Part shown: positions 38,984 through 48,901 of the stretch, piece by piece
Layout of the letters: every line of letters starts with the position of its first letter
How positions within the stretch are numbered: position 1 is the stretch's first letter
Origin: an uncultured Rhodopirellula sp.
GTDB taxonomy: Bacteria; Planctomycetota; Planctomycetia; Pirellulales; Pirellulaceae
Direction: 5' to 3'
DNA: 64,000 bases
Assembly (NCBI GenBank): GCA_964007735.1
Contig: CAXGAI010000023.1
Span: 1 to 64,000, forward strand
The notes under the pieces: model-generated
Told to the model about the DNA's origin: nothing
Database searches by the model: none
The model's input: the letters and a program-made list of their open reading frames with translations, nothing else
Made by a program: the position numbers and the translations under genes

Positions 38984-41900
38984 GTGTCAATCAGGCCGGA
39001 TTTTCTAGATGATATTGAAGAGCTAGCTAGAACCAATAGCGACTTAAACGAAGTCGCTGTAAAACTGGTCCATTATGTTGAAACAAGTGCGATACCCAAC
39101 CGTAAGAACCTAACTAGCAAAAATATCCTTCAAGCTTTCATCGATCGATATGAGGACGATTTATCAGCCATCCACCGCGACTTCCTAGGGGAACTCATAC
39201 GACAGGATGTTAACGTCGCAGACGATCTGGTCGTCGTTCAGGAATTAACCCCATCCACCGACGATCCGCATAATATCACCTCTTTTCTTGCAGATGGCGG
39301 AATTGGTCGCGTATGGCTTGCGCGAGATGAACAAGTACAACGAGAGGTTGTCCTGAAACAACTTCTGCCCAGCTATCAGGACAGCGAAGGCGCTAAAACC
39401 CGATTTGTCCATGAGGCTCAGGTTACGGGCAGTCTCCAACATCCTAATATTGTTCCGGTATATTCCATGAATTGGGACAATGGCGACTCCCCTTTCTACA
39501 CAATGAAGTATATTCGCGGTGAAACCCTCGCGATAAAGCTAAAAGCTCACCATCAGACAACTCAAGGAAACGAAGAAACATTTCAATTATTGTTAAGTAG
39601 CTTTCTATCTGTCTGCCAGGCGATAGCATACGCACACGAACAGGGAGTCATACATCGCGACCTTAAGCCGGACAACATCGCTATTGGAGAATTTGGAGAA
39701 GTCACTGTACTCGATTGGGGACTCGCCGCGAATGTCCAGGATGAAACTGCGGACCAAGTAACAACAGGTGTCTATGGGACACCAAATTACATGCCCCCCG
39801 AGCAAGCGTCTGAAGAGGGAAGAACCGGTAAATATAGCGATATCTACAGCCTCGGTGCAATCCTCTTCGAGATTCTTTGTGGTAGTCCGCCTCGTCATCC
39901 ATCCCTCCAGACGCAGGGGCTCAACATATTATTGCAGTCAATTATTGCCGGGAACATTCCCGATGCCACCGAACAATGCCCCGGCCACCTAAAGGGCTTG
40001 GGCCATATCGCCAATAAATGCCTTCACTTAGAACCTGGTGCACGCTACCTAACCATCACAGATCTAATCGATGACATCCATGCCTGGGAGAATGACCGCG
40101 CAATCACGGCGAGACCTGACACTGTCTTACAATCATTCAATCGCAGGATACGGCGTAATCGTAGGGCGTTAATCGCGTCGAGTATCTTGTTGCCATTTAT
40201 CACCTTCGTCCTTGTCGGCTTCATATCCCAATACAACATCAGGTATGCGAAGCTAGCAACTGCCAAACAAAGCGAGGTGTTAAAACAAGAAGAACAGCTA
40301 CAAACGAAACAACAATTGGCGAATGCCATCAAGCAATCCGCGCAAGCGAAACTAGATGCCGAGGCCAATACGCAATTAGCTAAACAGAACTATCAATTGG
40401 CGAATGAAAGCCGGGTCACATATCGACAGGAACAAACACTTGCTGAGAAATCCAAGAACGAAAATATAGCCGCCACCCGTAACGCAAACGAAGCAGAATT
40501 GAGATCGATTAAAAGCACACAAAAGAGGTTGTCCGCAAGGGTGATCGCCGACGACAGCAAAGCTGCCGCTGAACTTCTTGCAAAACAGATTCAGCTACAG
40601 GTTTTCGACACTTTGACACTTAATGCTGATAATTCTGCCAGTAACCTACAGTTCAACCACGCGCAGGCATGGACGTCTGCCGCATTGCAACAGGCTAGCC
40701 GTGCCAAATTAGAACCACAACTGCTGCAGCAACAACGAGTTAAATACAATGCCTTGAACACTCGTATTCCCCGACTTGATTCTGTCAAAGCCCAAACCGT
40801 ATCAGGCCTGCCACTACTTCATGACGCGACTTCCGATGTTTTCTATATAGCCACAACGGACAATTCGACGGCGCAGCCATCTACAATCGTCGAAAATCGC
40901 AGCGTCCGGACCCTGAAAACAATTTGGAAGGGAGCAATTAGCGGCGCTTGCATCGCACACGCACATCACGCAGCTTCCGCTACCTATTGTGTAGTTTACG
41001 AATCCTCGCCTAATCTTGGCGAGGTTGCTTTTTATAACGAACACAGCGGCGAATTGAAACGTGCCGGAACTATCCAGCTACGATCTCCTCCAAACACGCT
41101 TTATCTAACGGGTGATCGTTTAATTTTCATAGAAGAGTACGGACTGTCTATCTATGATCGACAATCTTTAGGATTAATTCATCGCACCCCTTTAAGTAAG
41201 CATCCTATTTATGCTAGCACGATTTCAGAGGGAGCAAGCCGTATCGCAACCATTCACGGGCGTCATACGCTTCGCCTATGGAATACCACAGAAGGATTGC
41301 TACTATCAAAGCCGCTACAAAGTAAGCACGCCATAATTGGGCTCACCTTCCATCCCGTGTCTAAGCATCTTGAAGTCGTAATGGCAAACGGCGAGCAACT
41401 ACGCTTGGACGCTGAGTCTTTTACACCTAAACGCCTTCGAACTTCCTTGCTTCCCCTGTCACCTGAGGAGACGATCACCCATGCAGTATTTCACAGGCAT
41501 CAGTTATTGACAGCATATGGCACTTCCTTCGGTCGTGTTTTCATTAGCAATGCTTCGGGTTCATTAACCATAGCACCAATGGAGTTTCCTGAACAAATAA
41601 CCGGACTCTCTTTAAGTCCCGATCAACGAATGCTGTTAATTCAAAGCGGAGTCTATACGGCTAACCTCTTTGATATCAATCAACGCAAGTTTATCGTACG
41701 GAATTTAGAGCACCCTTCAAAGATTCTGGGCCTGGCCCTATCGAATAACAATCGCTTCCTTCTGGGAAAACTGGAAGCAGGGGAAATACGCAAATGGGAT
41801 CTCGCGACCCCATTTAATCCTCCCGCTATAATTTCGCTCGGCACCAACTATGTTTACTCCCAATTTTATAAACATCTGATCATATCCGTTACCGTCACTG

Positions 41901-43681
41901 GCCAGATCGAATTTCGTAATGGGTTGCCACCATTTGAAGTTCAAAGTACTTCGGAGGATCCATTGCTAATACAGGCGGACGATGAGTGGATTCCTTACAA
42001 CGCTGGGCTATTCATTATCGGTGGCCAACGATTGGTACACGTATCGTACGAAGACCAAAGGATTACTCACGAACACCACATATTACCCGGCCCCGTAAGT
42101 GCCTTTACGGTTAATAATCATACAGGCTCGCTCGCTATCGCACACTCGGATCGAACAATAAGCATTTACACACCCAAAGCAAATCAACCCTTTAAACGCA
42201 TGGAGGGCTTTAAGGTCTCCTACGAAGACATCATATGGCAGTCACCAGAAACACTCATCGCGATGTTCGCCGACGCAGACCAACAGACTACTATCCTTGA
42301 CCAATTAGTGATCGGCCAGGACAAGTTTACTAACCGAACTACTTTATCCGGCACTGGTTATCAGTTTTTACATGATACAAAACAAAGACCCCTTCTTGTC
42401 GATAACAATGGTGTAGTTTTCGAACCGACAGCAAACGGGAATTATTTGCCCGTCGACGCGTTTACCACCGGTTTGCAGGAAACACGCTCACGGAATCCCA
42501 CCGTCGCGTTTACTTCGGACGGCTTGGCACAACAAATTCACGAGGGTACTCTGTTGCGATACGATGTTGTCATGCCGGAGGATATCACAGCCACTACAGC
42601 CAGCGGATATTTTGCCTTGCTATCCGACGAAAGTGTTACTATTCATCGGATTGGATCCCCAAAGGCATATAGTACACCAATAGATCTACGTATGACTCCC
42701 AACGCAATTGACCTGGAAGAAAACAGCGGTAACACCCGACTTCTCGCCGCCACGTCGTCCGGAATTCGCGTCTATGATCTCAGGAACGCTAACCGCTCAG
42801 CTTCTGAGATCTTAATTGAATCAGCCGTGTTAGCGGGGATGTCCACCCGTAACAATGCGAATTTAGAACGAAGTAATCTTGACGTATTGGACGCGTACCA
42901 CGCACTGCCACAGTCATCTCCAAGCGAACCGTTCAACCCCATTGAGTGGCTAATCGCTCACTCCTCGCAAATCGAGAGTGAGCGTTGGTCGGCCCTATTG
43001 GCGGCGCGCAAATCGCGTTGGGAGAATGCTACAAACCCTACGTCCCAGGAAGCCAGCCAGTTAGTCGACAGTCTGGTTTTAGCACAGATTGGGTCACAAC
43101 AATATCGCGATGCAGTGAACACTCTATTGCAAGGTTTTAGTCAATCTAAACAAAAGAGACATCTTTATCAGGCCTGCATGCTTTCGGTCTGGCTACAGGA
43201 TGAGAGTTTATGCGAAGATTCCTTAGTCATTTTTCAGGCTAATGCTGATCTCACTGTGCCGCAGGAATTTGTCTATTTTTCCCTCGTCGCAGGGTTGTCC
43301 AATAGCTCTTTGGACTATCAGGAACTTGACGCCTTCTACAACAGATTGAAAAACACGAAGACAACCAACCCTGTCGTCCTCCGCGCCTTGCTGATAAACG
43401 CTGTACGCCTACAGGACGCGTCTAACGTCCAAATTTATCTACAACGCCTCATTCGCTCGCGGGCTCCAATTCCAATTCGAGATTCGAGTTTAGCGTTCGC
43501 GTTAAACAACGCCCCTACAGCTATGACGAATATGCCGCTCGTAAACAACCTTCGGCACAGCAAGTCCTTAACACCCTCATTAAGCGAGGGGAATCCCGGC
43601 ATCAATTGGCCGGAGCGGTGTCTATTTGAAATCGCACTTCGAGACCTGGAGCAGCATTACGAGGTGGATGGAAATGAATGA
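38984..43681 (+). CDS. Membrane Ser/Thr kinase with TM helix, coiled coil, WD40-like propellers and helical C-terminus
   Basis: GGIGRV, VVLK, HEAQ, HRDLKPDN, DWGLA, GTPNYMPPEQ, SDIYSLG; LRLWN and IRKWD repeats. Confidence 0.93.
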   Translation: MSIRPDFLDDIEELARTNSDLNEVAVKLVHYVETSAIPNRKNLTSKNILQAFIDRYEDDLSAIHRDFLGELIRQDVNVADDLVVVQELTPSTDDPHNITSFLADGGIGRVWLARDEQVQREVVLKQLLPSYQDSEGAKTRFVHEAQVTGSLQHPNIVPVYSMNWDNGDSPFYTMKYIRGETLAIKLKAHHQTTQGNEETFQLLLSSFLSVCQAIAYAHEQGVIHRDLKPDNIAIGEFGEVTVLDWGLAANVQDETADQVTTGVYGTPNYMPPEQASEEGRTGKYSDIYSLGAILFEILCGSPPRHPSLQTQGLNILLQSIIAGNIPDATEQCPGHLKGLGHIANKCLHLEPGARYLTITDLIDDIHAWENDRAITARPDTVLQSFNRRIRRNRRALIASSILLPFITFVLVGFISQYNIRYAKLATAKQSEVLKQEEQLQTKQQLANAIKQSAQAKLDAEANTQLAKQNYQLANESRVTYRQEQTLAEKSKNENIAATRNANEAELRSIKSTQKRLSARVIADDSKAAAELLAKQIQLQVFDTLTLNADNSASNLQFNHAQAWTSAALQQASRAKLEPQLLQQQRVKYNALNTRIPRLDSVKAQTVSGLPLLHDATSDVFYIATTDNSTAQPSTIVENRSVRTLKTIWKGAISGACIAHAHHAASATYCVVYESSPNLGEVAFYNEHSGELKRAGTIQLRSPPNTLYLTGDRLIFIEEYGLSIYDRQSLGLIHRTPLSKHPIYASTISEGASRIATIHGRHTLRLWNTTEGLLLSKPLQSKHAIIGLTFHPVSKHLEVVMANGEQLRLDAESFTPKRLRTSLLPLSPEETITHAVFHRHQLLTAYGTSFGRVFISNASGSLTIAPMEFPEQITGLSLSPDQRMLLIQSGVYTANLFDINQRKFIVRNLEHPSKILGLALSNNNRFLLGKLEAGEIRKWDLATPFNPPAIISLGTNYVYSQFYKHLIISVTVTGQIEFRNGLPPFEVQSTSEDPLLIQADDEWIPYNAGLFIIGGQRLVHVSYEDQRITHEHHILPGPVSAFTVNNHTGSLAIAHSDRTISIYTPKANQPFKRMEGFKVSYEDIIWQSPETLIAMFADADQQTTILDQLVIGQDKFTNRTTLSGTGYQFLHDTKQRPLLVDNNGVVFEPTANGNYLPVDAFTTGLQETRSRNPTVAFTSDGLAQQIHEGTLLRYDVVMPEDITATTASGYFALLSDESVTIHRIGSPKAYSTPIDLRMTPNAIDLEENSGNTRLLAATSSGIRVYDLRNANRSASEILIESAVLAGMSTRNNANLERSNLDVLDAYHALPQSSPSEPFNPIEWLIAHSSQIESERWSALLAARKSRWENATNPTSQEASQLVDSLVLAQIGSQQYRDAVNTLLQGFSQSKQKRHLYQACMLSVWLQDESLCEDSLVIFQANADLTVPQEFVYFSLVAGLSNSSLDYQELDAFYNRLKNTKTTNPVVLRALLINAVRLQDASNVQIYLQRLIRSRAPIPIRDSSLAFALNNAPTAMTNMPLVNNLRHSKSLTPSLSEGNPGINWPERCLFEIALRDLEQHYEVDGNE

Positions 43682-46600
43682 CGCCACATTAAAAGCTCTT
43701 CTTGAAAGGCATCTAGCCTCTCCGCTTACAGATATTAATTTTTTACGCGAACTAAACACGGTCGCTCAGGGGTCCGAACAGAAGTTCGACGAAACACTGG
43801 ATATCCAAGCGGAAATCGACCGCATCCTTATGGAATTTTACGCGGAGCAAAATAATGCTGACCTGATTGTTCAGATCAAACCGCACCTAAGCTCTACCAC
43901 TATCAATCCAGCACCACGTTCGCATCATAACGAAGTCCACGGGAAATCCACAATTGCTCCCGTCAGCGATGAATCACCGCAGCTCACCATCGGGGCTACC
44001 ATCTCTCGCCCTTCCCCACTAGAACGGATTGAAGCGAACACGATATACTCCACCAAATCACTAATGGACGAAACGCTCGATCTCGGCGACGCCTGGCTCG
44101 CTACGGACGACATCCTAGATCGGCAAATCCTCTTACGCGAGTTAGATACTCAATCCGACAGAGAGAGCGAGGCCGTACAACAGTTTGTACGGGAAGCCCA
44201 AATCGCCGGACAACTCGAGCATCCCAACATATTGCCGGTATATTCACTCGCCTGGTCTGAAGATAATTCGCCCTACTACACGATGAAATTCCCCGAAGGG
44301 ATCACCCTATCCCAACATATCGAAGTTCTTCACGAGAATATCCTATTAATTAACCGGTCCTCGTTACGACAATCCATCAACATCTTGCTTTCCGTCTGTA
44401 ATGCAATATCCTATGCGCACTCACGGGGTGTCTATCACGGTCAACTGTCAGCGGATTCAATTTCTCTCGGGGAGTTTGGCGAAGTCATGGTAATGAACTG
44501 GTCCAACGCCGTGATAATGGAAACAGATCGGGACTCAACAGAACTGCTAGAAAAAGATCGAAAGGCTATAGCCTCACTACTGTACGAACTTATCATGGGA
44601 GTGGCACCCGACTCAGAAAACATGAGCGGTTTAGCGAGTTCACCGGCGAAAATACCCGCCGAACTCAAGTCTATTTTACGAGAAGCATTTATCGACCAAA
44701 CTCGCTATCGGAATTTACTGGATCTTGCTTCCGATCTTCGCTCATACCAAAATGATCAACCCCTTATCGCACATGACGATACCTTCGTTGAATCCGTCTC
44801 CCGATGGACACGGCATCATCCAATACACGTACTGTTTGGAACCGTAACAATGGTTCTGCTTACCTTCAGTTTGCTGACCGAGACATTTATTCTGCGCAGG
44901 GCAACCAACGAACTTCAGGAGGTCTTAACCAACACGAAGGCTATTACTCGACAACTCATCGATGACAATCAGCTCATCTCCCAAGAGCGGATAACGCAAG
45001 AAAAAGCAACTTCCACGGCGCTTAATGCTATGACAGAAGCCAATGTTCAACTGGAAGCTGCTCGGGAAAATACACAAGCAGCGTTACGCCAACGCGATAT
45101 AACTCGCCAACTACAGAGTAAAAGTAAAACGTTGCGGAAACAAGCCGAAGTTGATTACGCGGAGGCTTTGAAGCAAGACAATCTGGCGCTTACCCTGCTA
45201 GAACAGGCTGAAGAAGCTAACATTGCCGCGCGTAATGCTACGCTACTGATTCGGAAACAATCAATTACTACACTTCAGCACCAGATAACGAACCAATTAC
45301 TCCTAGGGCGTAACGACCTGGCCTTACAAAACGCACGAGCTCTATATCCAATCTTGGCCGGAAATAGTCCAACGTCAGGCGAGACGCCTCCCCTGCTTAG
45401 AGCCTTCGCTGGCTACTCCTATATCGATCGGCCAGAGAAACAGACGCCAATCGCACTACCAGTTCGCAATTTTGACCACTGGCAAACTAGCCCGGGTAAT
45501 CCCATCGTTGTGACGGAGTTCCTTCCCAACAAGGCGACAACGCAACTTCACATTATTGAGCCTCACCAACAAGTCACCCACGATATTCCGGGGAAACTCG
45601 AATGCCACTTTCGAAACGATGGGTCGATCACCACCATATCAAACAACGAGTCTGAAGGAATCGTGGCTGTTATTCGTGGGGCCGACATCACATTTGGCCG
45701 CCTTCCTTCGCGGTGCATTTCAGCTACCTCGGCAAAGGATCTCCTCTATGTCGGACTGACTGACGGCAGGGTAACTACCTATTCAACTAAAGATTTGGTT
45801 ACCTCGTCCCCTATTACAACTTTGCCAGGGGAGCCTAAATGCCTAGCAATATCGCCGGATAGGCAGTTGCTAGCGTGTAATTTTGAAACGACCTTGCAAA
45901 TCATCAATTTGAATACCAATACGATAGAACGCAGCTTTTCCCTGCCTTCCGAATGTCAGCAACTCTGGTTTCCGTCTGATAAGTCCGTTGCGTTGCTAAC
46001 AGACCAATATTATGTCAACGAATTCCTCTTTGACGAGACTGGTACACGCCGAATCCGTTATCGCCCACCCTCAAGCGACCATCAACTTGTCGATTATTCC
46101 TGGCATGCTGATAACCACTTTTTATTATTTGCCAAAGGCACGCTCGTCCGTCTAACTAAAACGCTAAGTGCCAAAAGCACATCCCTACACAACGCTGTTC
46201 ATGCAAGATTTCTTCATGCCGGGCCTAACAACGTACTAATCCGCAATCGCGATGGGGTAGTTTCTTCCGTCGAGCCAGCAACATTATTACCAAACAGTAA
46301 TCCGATCATCCTAAAATCTCCAATCGTAGCCGCCTCAAAAACCGGTCGCACTATAACGCTAGCTACCTCAGACGGATTCCTTAGGCAATTACAACAACCA
46401 CTAAACTCAGATAGTAGACATATCATCATTTCCCCGAAAACAGAACAGGTGGAATTAACGAGCACATTAACGCCCTTAATTAAGACGTCAGAGAATACCG
46501 TTTCCCAGGTCCTACCTGATGGAAATACCATACCGTTCTACCAACATTCATCTCCAATTAAGAGCTACCGAAGCTTGGGAGACGGTGCCTACGTGGCTAT

Positions 46601-47447
46601 TAAAGATGGACGCCAGATTACTATCGTTAAAGTAAACGAGCGCGGTGACAACCAACCTAGCCACACTCTGCCGCTTGACGTACAACTAGATACGTTCGCA
46701 CATCATTCAGATACTGAAACAATACTCCTATCTAGTGCCGACACTCTCTATCATTTGATTGGATCGCAAACATACACATACACCCATCCTAAGACTCTCG
46801 ATGGAGTCCTTTCGATCACAATTTCAAGGAACGGGCTCAAGGCGCTAATTGTGTCTAGCGGTGAGTCCTCTATAGCGCTTCCGATCTCTCTTGAGAAGTT
46901 CAATTATAGTCCAGCCCACGAATTCGACGGGTTTATCCGTGACGTCTTTTGGTGTTCCGAACGGGAAAGTTTTTTACTCATCTCCAGCCGCCGAGACTCT
47001 ACTATCCGACAGGACTTGATAGAGTTAAATACTAAAGGAGACGTGACGTCGGCGACCTTACCGCATCAGGTAAAACACGTCATTTTTAATCCTCAGCAAA
47101 ACGACTTGATCATTGCGACAACAGGAAAACAACTCCTGCGCTATTCGACTACGACAAAACAGGCGACCACACCCATCCAACTGACCCATTACACCGAACA
47201 CTTGCAACTAGCTGAGGATAACCGGATTCTTATCCTAACGGCAAAGAAGGGAACGCTCGTTTTAGATTCACAAACGCTAGCACCACTGACACCTATTTTT
47301 GAAGGTCGGTTCCTGCGACCGGCCCTAAGAGGAAATGTGTGCAATGTCATTAAACGCACGACATCGGGCCTAACGATCACAGATATACCGACGTTGTTGG
47401 GCAATGGGATGCAAACAGAAACAATAGACAGGCTTTATCAACAATGA
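43674..47447 (+). CDS. Membrane pseudokinase paralogous to the upstream kinase (TM helix, coiled coil, propeller-like region)
   Basis: Keeps REAQIAGQLEHPNILPVY and GEFGEV but has ILLR, HGQLSADS and NWS; GAGGTGG RBS before ATG 43674, which overlaps the upstream stop. Confidence 0.85.
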   Translation: MNDATLKALLERHLASPLTDINFLRELNTVAQGSEQKFDETLDIQAEIDRILMEFYAEQNNADLIVQIKPHLSSTTINPAPRSHHNEVHGKSTIAPVSDESPQLTIGATISRPSPLERIEANTIYSTKSLMDETLDLGDAWLATDDILDRQILLRELDTQSDRESEAVQQFVREAQIAGQLEHPNILPVYSLAWSEDNSPYYTMKFPEGITLSQHIEVLHENILLINRSSLRQSINILLSVCNAISYAHSRGVYHGQLSADSISLGEFGEVMVMNWSNAVIMETDRDSTELLEKDRKAIASLLYELIMGVAPDSENMSGLASSPAKIPAELKSILREAFIDQTRYRNLLDLASDLRSYQNDQPLIAHDDTFVESVSRWTRHHPIHVLFGTVTMVLLTFSLLTETFILRRATNELQEVLTNTKAITRQLIDDNQLISQERITQEKATSTALNAMTEANVQLEAARENTQAALRQRDITRQLQSKSKTLRKQAEVDYAEALKQDNLALTLLEQAEEANIAARNATLLIRKQSITTLQHQITNQLLLGRNDLALQNARALYPILAGNSPTSGETPPLLRAFAGYSYIDRPEKQTPIALPVRNFDHWQTSPGNPIVVTEFLPNKATTQLHIIEPHQQVTHDIPGKLECHFRNDGSITTISNNESEGIVAVIRGADITFGRLPSRCISATSAKDLLYVGLTDGRVTTYSTKDLVTSSPITTLPGEPKCLAISPDRQLLACNFETTLQIINLNTNTIERSFSLPSECQQLWFPSDKSVALLTDQYYVNEFLFDETGTRRIRYRPPSSDHQLVDYSWHADNHFLLFAKGTLVRLTKTLSAKSTSLHNAVHARFLHAGPNNVLIRNRDGVVSSVEPATLLPNSNPIILKSPIVAASKTGRTITLATSDGFLRQLQQPLNSDSRHIIISPKTEQVELTSTLTPLIKTSENTVSQVLPDGNTIPFYQHSSPIKSYRSLGDGAYVAIKDGRQITIVKVNERGDNQPSHTLPLDVQLDTFAHHSDTETILLSSADTLYHLIGSQTYTYTHPKTLDGVLSITISRNGLKALIVSSGESSIALPISLEKFNYSPAHEFDGFIRDVFWCSERESFLLISSRRDSTIRQDLIELNTKGDVTSATLPHQVKHVIFNPQQNDLIIATTGKQLLRYSTTTKQATTPIQLTHYTEHLQLAEDNRILILTAKKGTLVLDSQTLAPLTPIFEGRFLRPALRGNVCNVIKRTTSGLTITDIPTLLGNGMQTETIDRLYQQ

Positions 47448-47454
47448 TCGTACG

Positions 47455-48795
47455 TCACAACAACTCACGGGGGACGGAGCCCTTTTCGTAAAGATGTATT
47501 GGTCTACCGGCAAGATTTGGGTACGTGTCTTCCGCTCGAAGTCCGAGGGCATGATAAATAATCGCATTTAAATCAGCGGGTTTAATCGGCCGGTCAATCG
47601 GATGTTCCGCTTTGGAATTCGTCGCGCCAATGAATTGCCCGTGCTTAAATCCACCGCCGGCAATCAGGATACTTTGTGCCTGAGGCCAATGATCTCGTCC
47701 TGCATTCGCATTAATTCGTGGCGTCCGTCCGAATTCGCCGGCTGTGACCACTAGTGTGTCATCAAGCATACCGCGATTCGACAAATCCTTTAAGAGAACG
47801 CCAACGGCTCGGTCGTGCCGGGTCATTTTATCGTTCAAGGCGTTCTTAATGTTACCGTGGTCGTCCCAATATCCCGTGTTAAGAGTGACGAAACGAACTC
47901 CCGCTTCGATAAACCGTCTGGCTAATAAAGCCTGCTCGCCCCATCCCGGGCCGTAGGATTCGACCAACGCTGGGTCTTCATCCGACAAGTCAAATGCCTT
48001 TCTGGCCCGGCCAGAAAGAATAATTTCCTGTGCCTGGGAATTCATCTCATCAATACCTTCGAAGGTACCTGTACTGTCAATATCCCGTCGCAACCTATCA
48101 AACTGTTCCAACAATGAAACACGGTTCATCACCCGGTTCTCAGAAAGCCCTTCGACTAAAGAGAAGCTTTTATCTGACCCAGTGGGCAATCGGCCTGCTT
48201 CATTGCCGTAACTAAAATCACCTATACGAAACGGATTATGATTAACGCCGAGAAACGCAGAACCATGGAAACCAAACCCGCCATCATTTATATTGATGCC
48301 GCTCGGTACGCCACTTCGACGTGGTCCCAGCAGATAGGAGGAGACAGATTGCATCGAAGGATTTCTCGGAATTCTGTCTGAGCCCGTAGCGCCGGTATAC
48401 CCTGTCAACAACCAATGTGCTGCCGCCCAGTGATCTCCATTTCCATGTGTAAAACTACGAATGATCGACACCTTATCCATCACTTGTGCATGATGAGGTA
48501 GCAACTCGCTAATACGGACACCCGGTACGTTAGTATTTATAGAGGTCCAAGGACCACGGATTTCTTCCGGTTGGTCCGGTTTCATATCGAACGTATCTAA
48601 CTGACTGGGACCTCCGTGCTGCCAAATCAAAATCACCGAACGCTTCGATTGTTTTGAGAAGCTGGCAGTTGCCTCTGCCTGCATAAGTTCTGGTAGAGAC
48701 ATGCCTCCCAAACCTAATGCACCTATTTGCATGAATCGACGACGGTGGAGTCCGTTGCAATACTTCGCTACTGATTTTCCAACTATAGATAACAT
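47455..48795 (-). CDS. DUF1501 domain protein
   Basis: RRRFMQ Tat-like motif, GGPSQLDTFDMKP, LLARRFIEAG, WDDH, GEFGRTP, GRDHW. Confidence 0.93.
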   Translation of the reverse strand: MLSIVGKSVAKYCNGLHRRRFMQIGALGLGGMSLPELMQAEATASFSKQSKRSVILIWQHGGPSQLDTFDMKPDQPEEIRGPWTSINTNVPGVRISELLPHHAQVMDKVSIIRSFTHGNGDHWAAAHWLLTGYTGATGSDRIPRNPSMQSVSSYLLGPRRSGVPSGININDGGFGFHGSAFLGVNHNPFRIGDFSYGNEAGRLPTGSDKSFSLVEGLSENRVMNRVSLLEQFDRLRRDIDSTGTFEGIDEMNSQAQEIILSGRARKAFDLSDEDPALVESYGPGWGEQALLARRFIEAGVRFVTLNTGYWDDHGNIKNALNDKMTRHDRAVGVLLKDLSNRGMLDDTLVVTAGEFGRTPRINANAGRDHWPQAQSILIAGGGFKHGQFIGATNSKAEHPIDRPIKPADLNAIIYHALGLRAEDTYPNLAGRPIHLYEKGSVPRELL

Positions 48796-48901
48796 GAACC
48801 AGCTCCTTGGGTAGTAAATGGCCAGTTTTATTTTAATACGACCAACCGGCGTACTTCAATTCCAATTATTATATCGACATCCCTAAGGCCTGACGTACAT
48901 G

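Noticed and set aside
43626..43673. TTG start for the pseudokinase given in the ORF track
   Set aside because: ATG 43674 has a well-spaced GAGGTGG RBS and a typical short overlap with the upstream stop.
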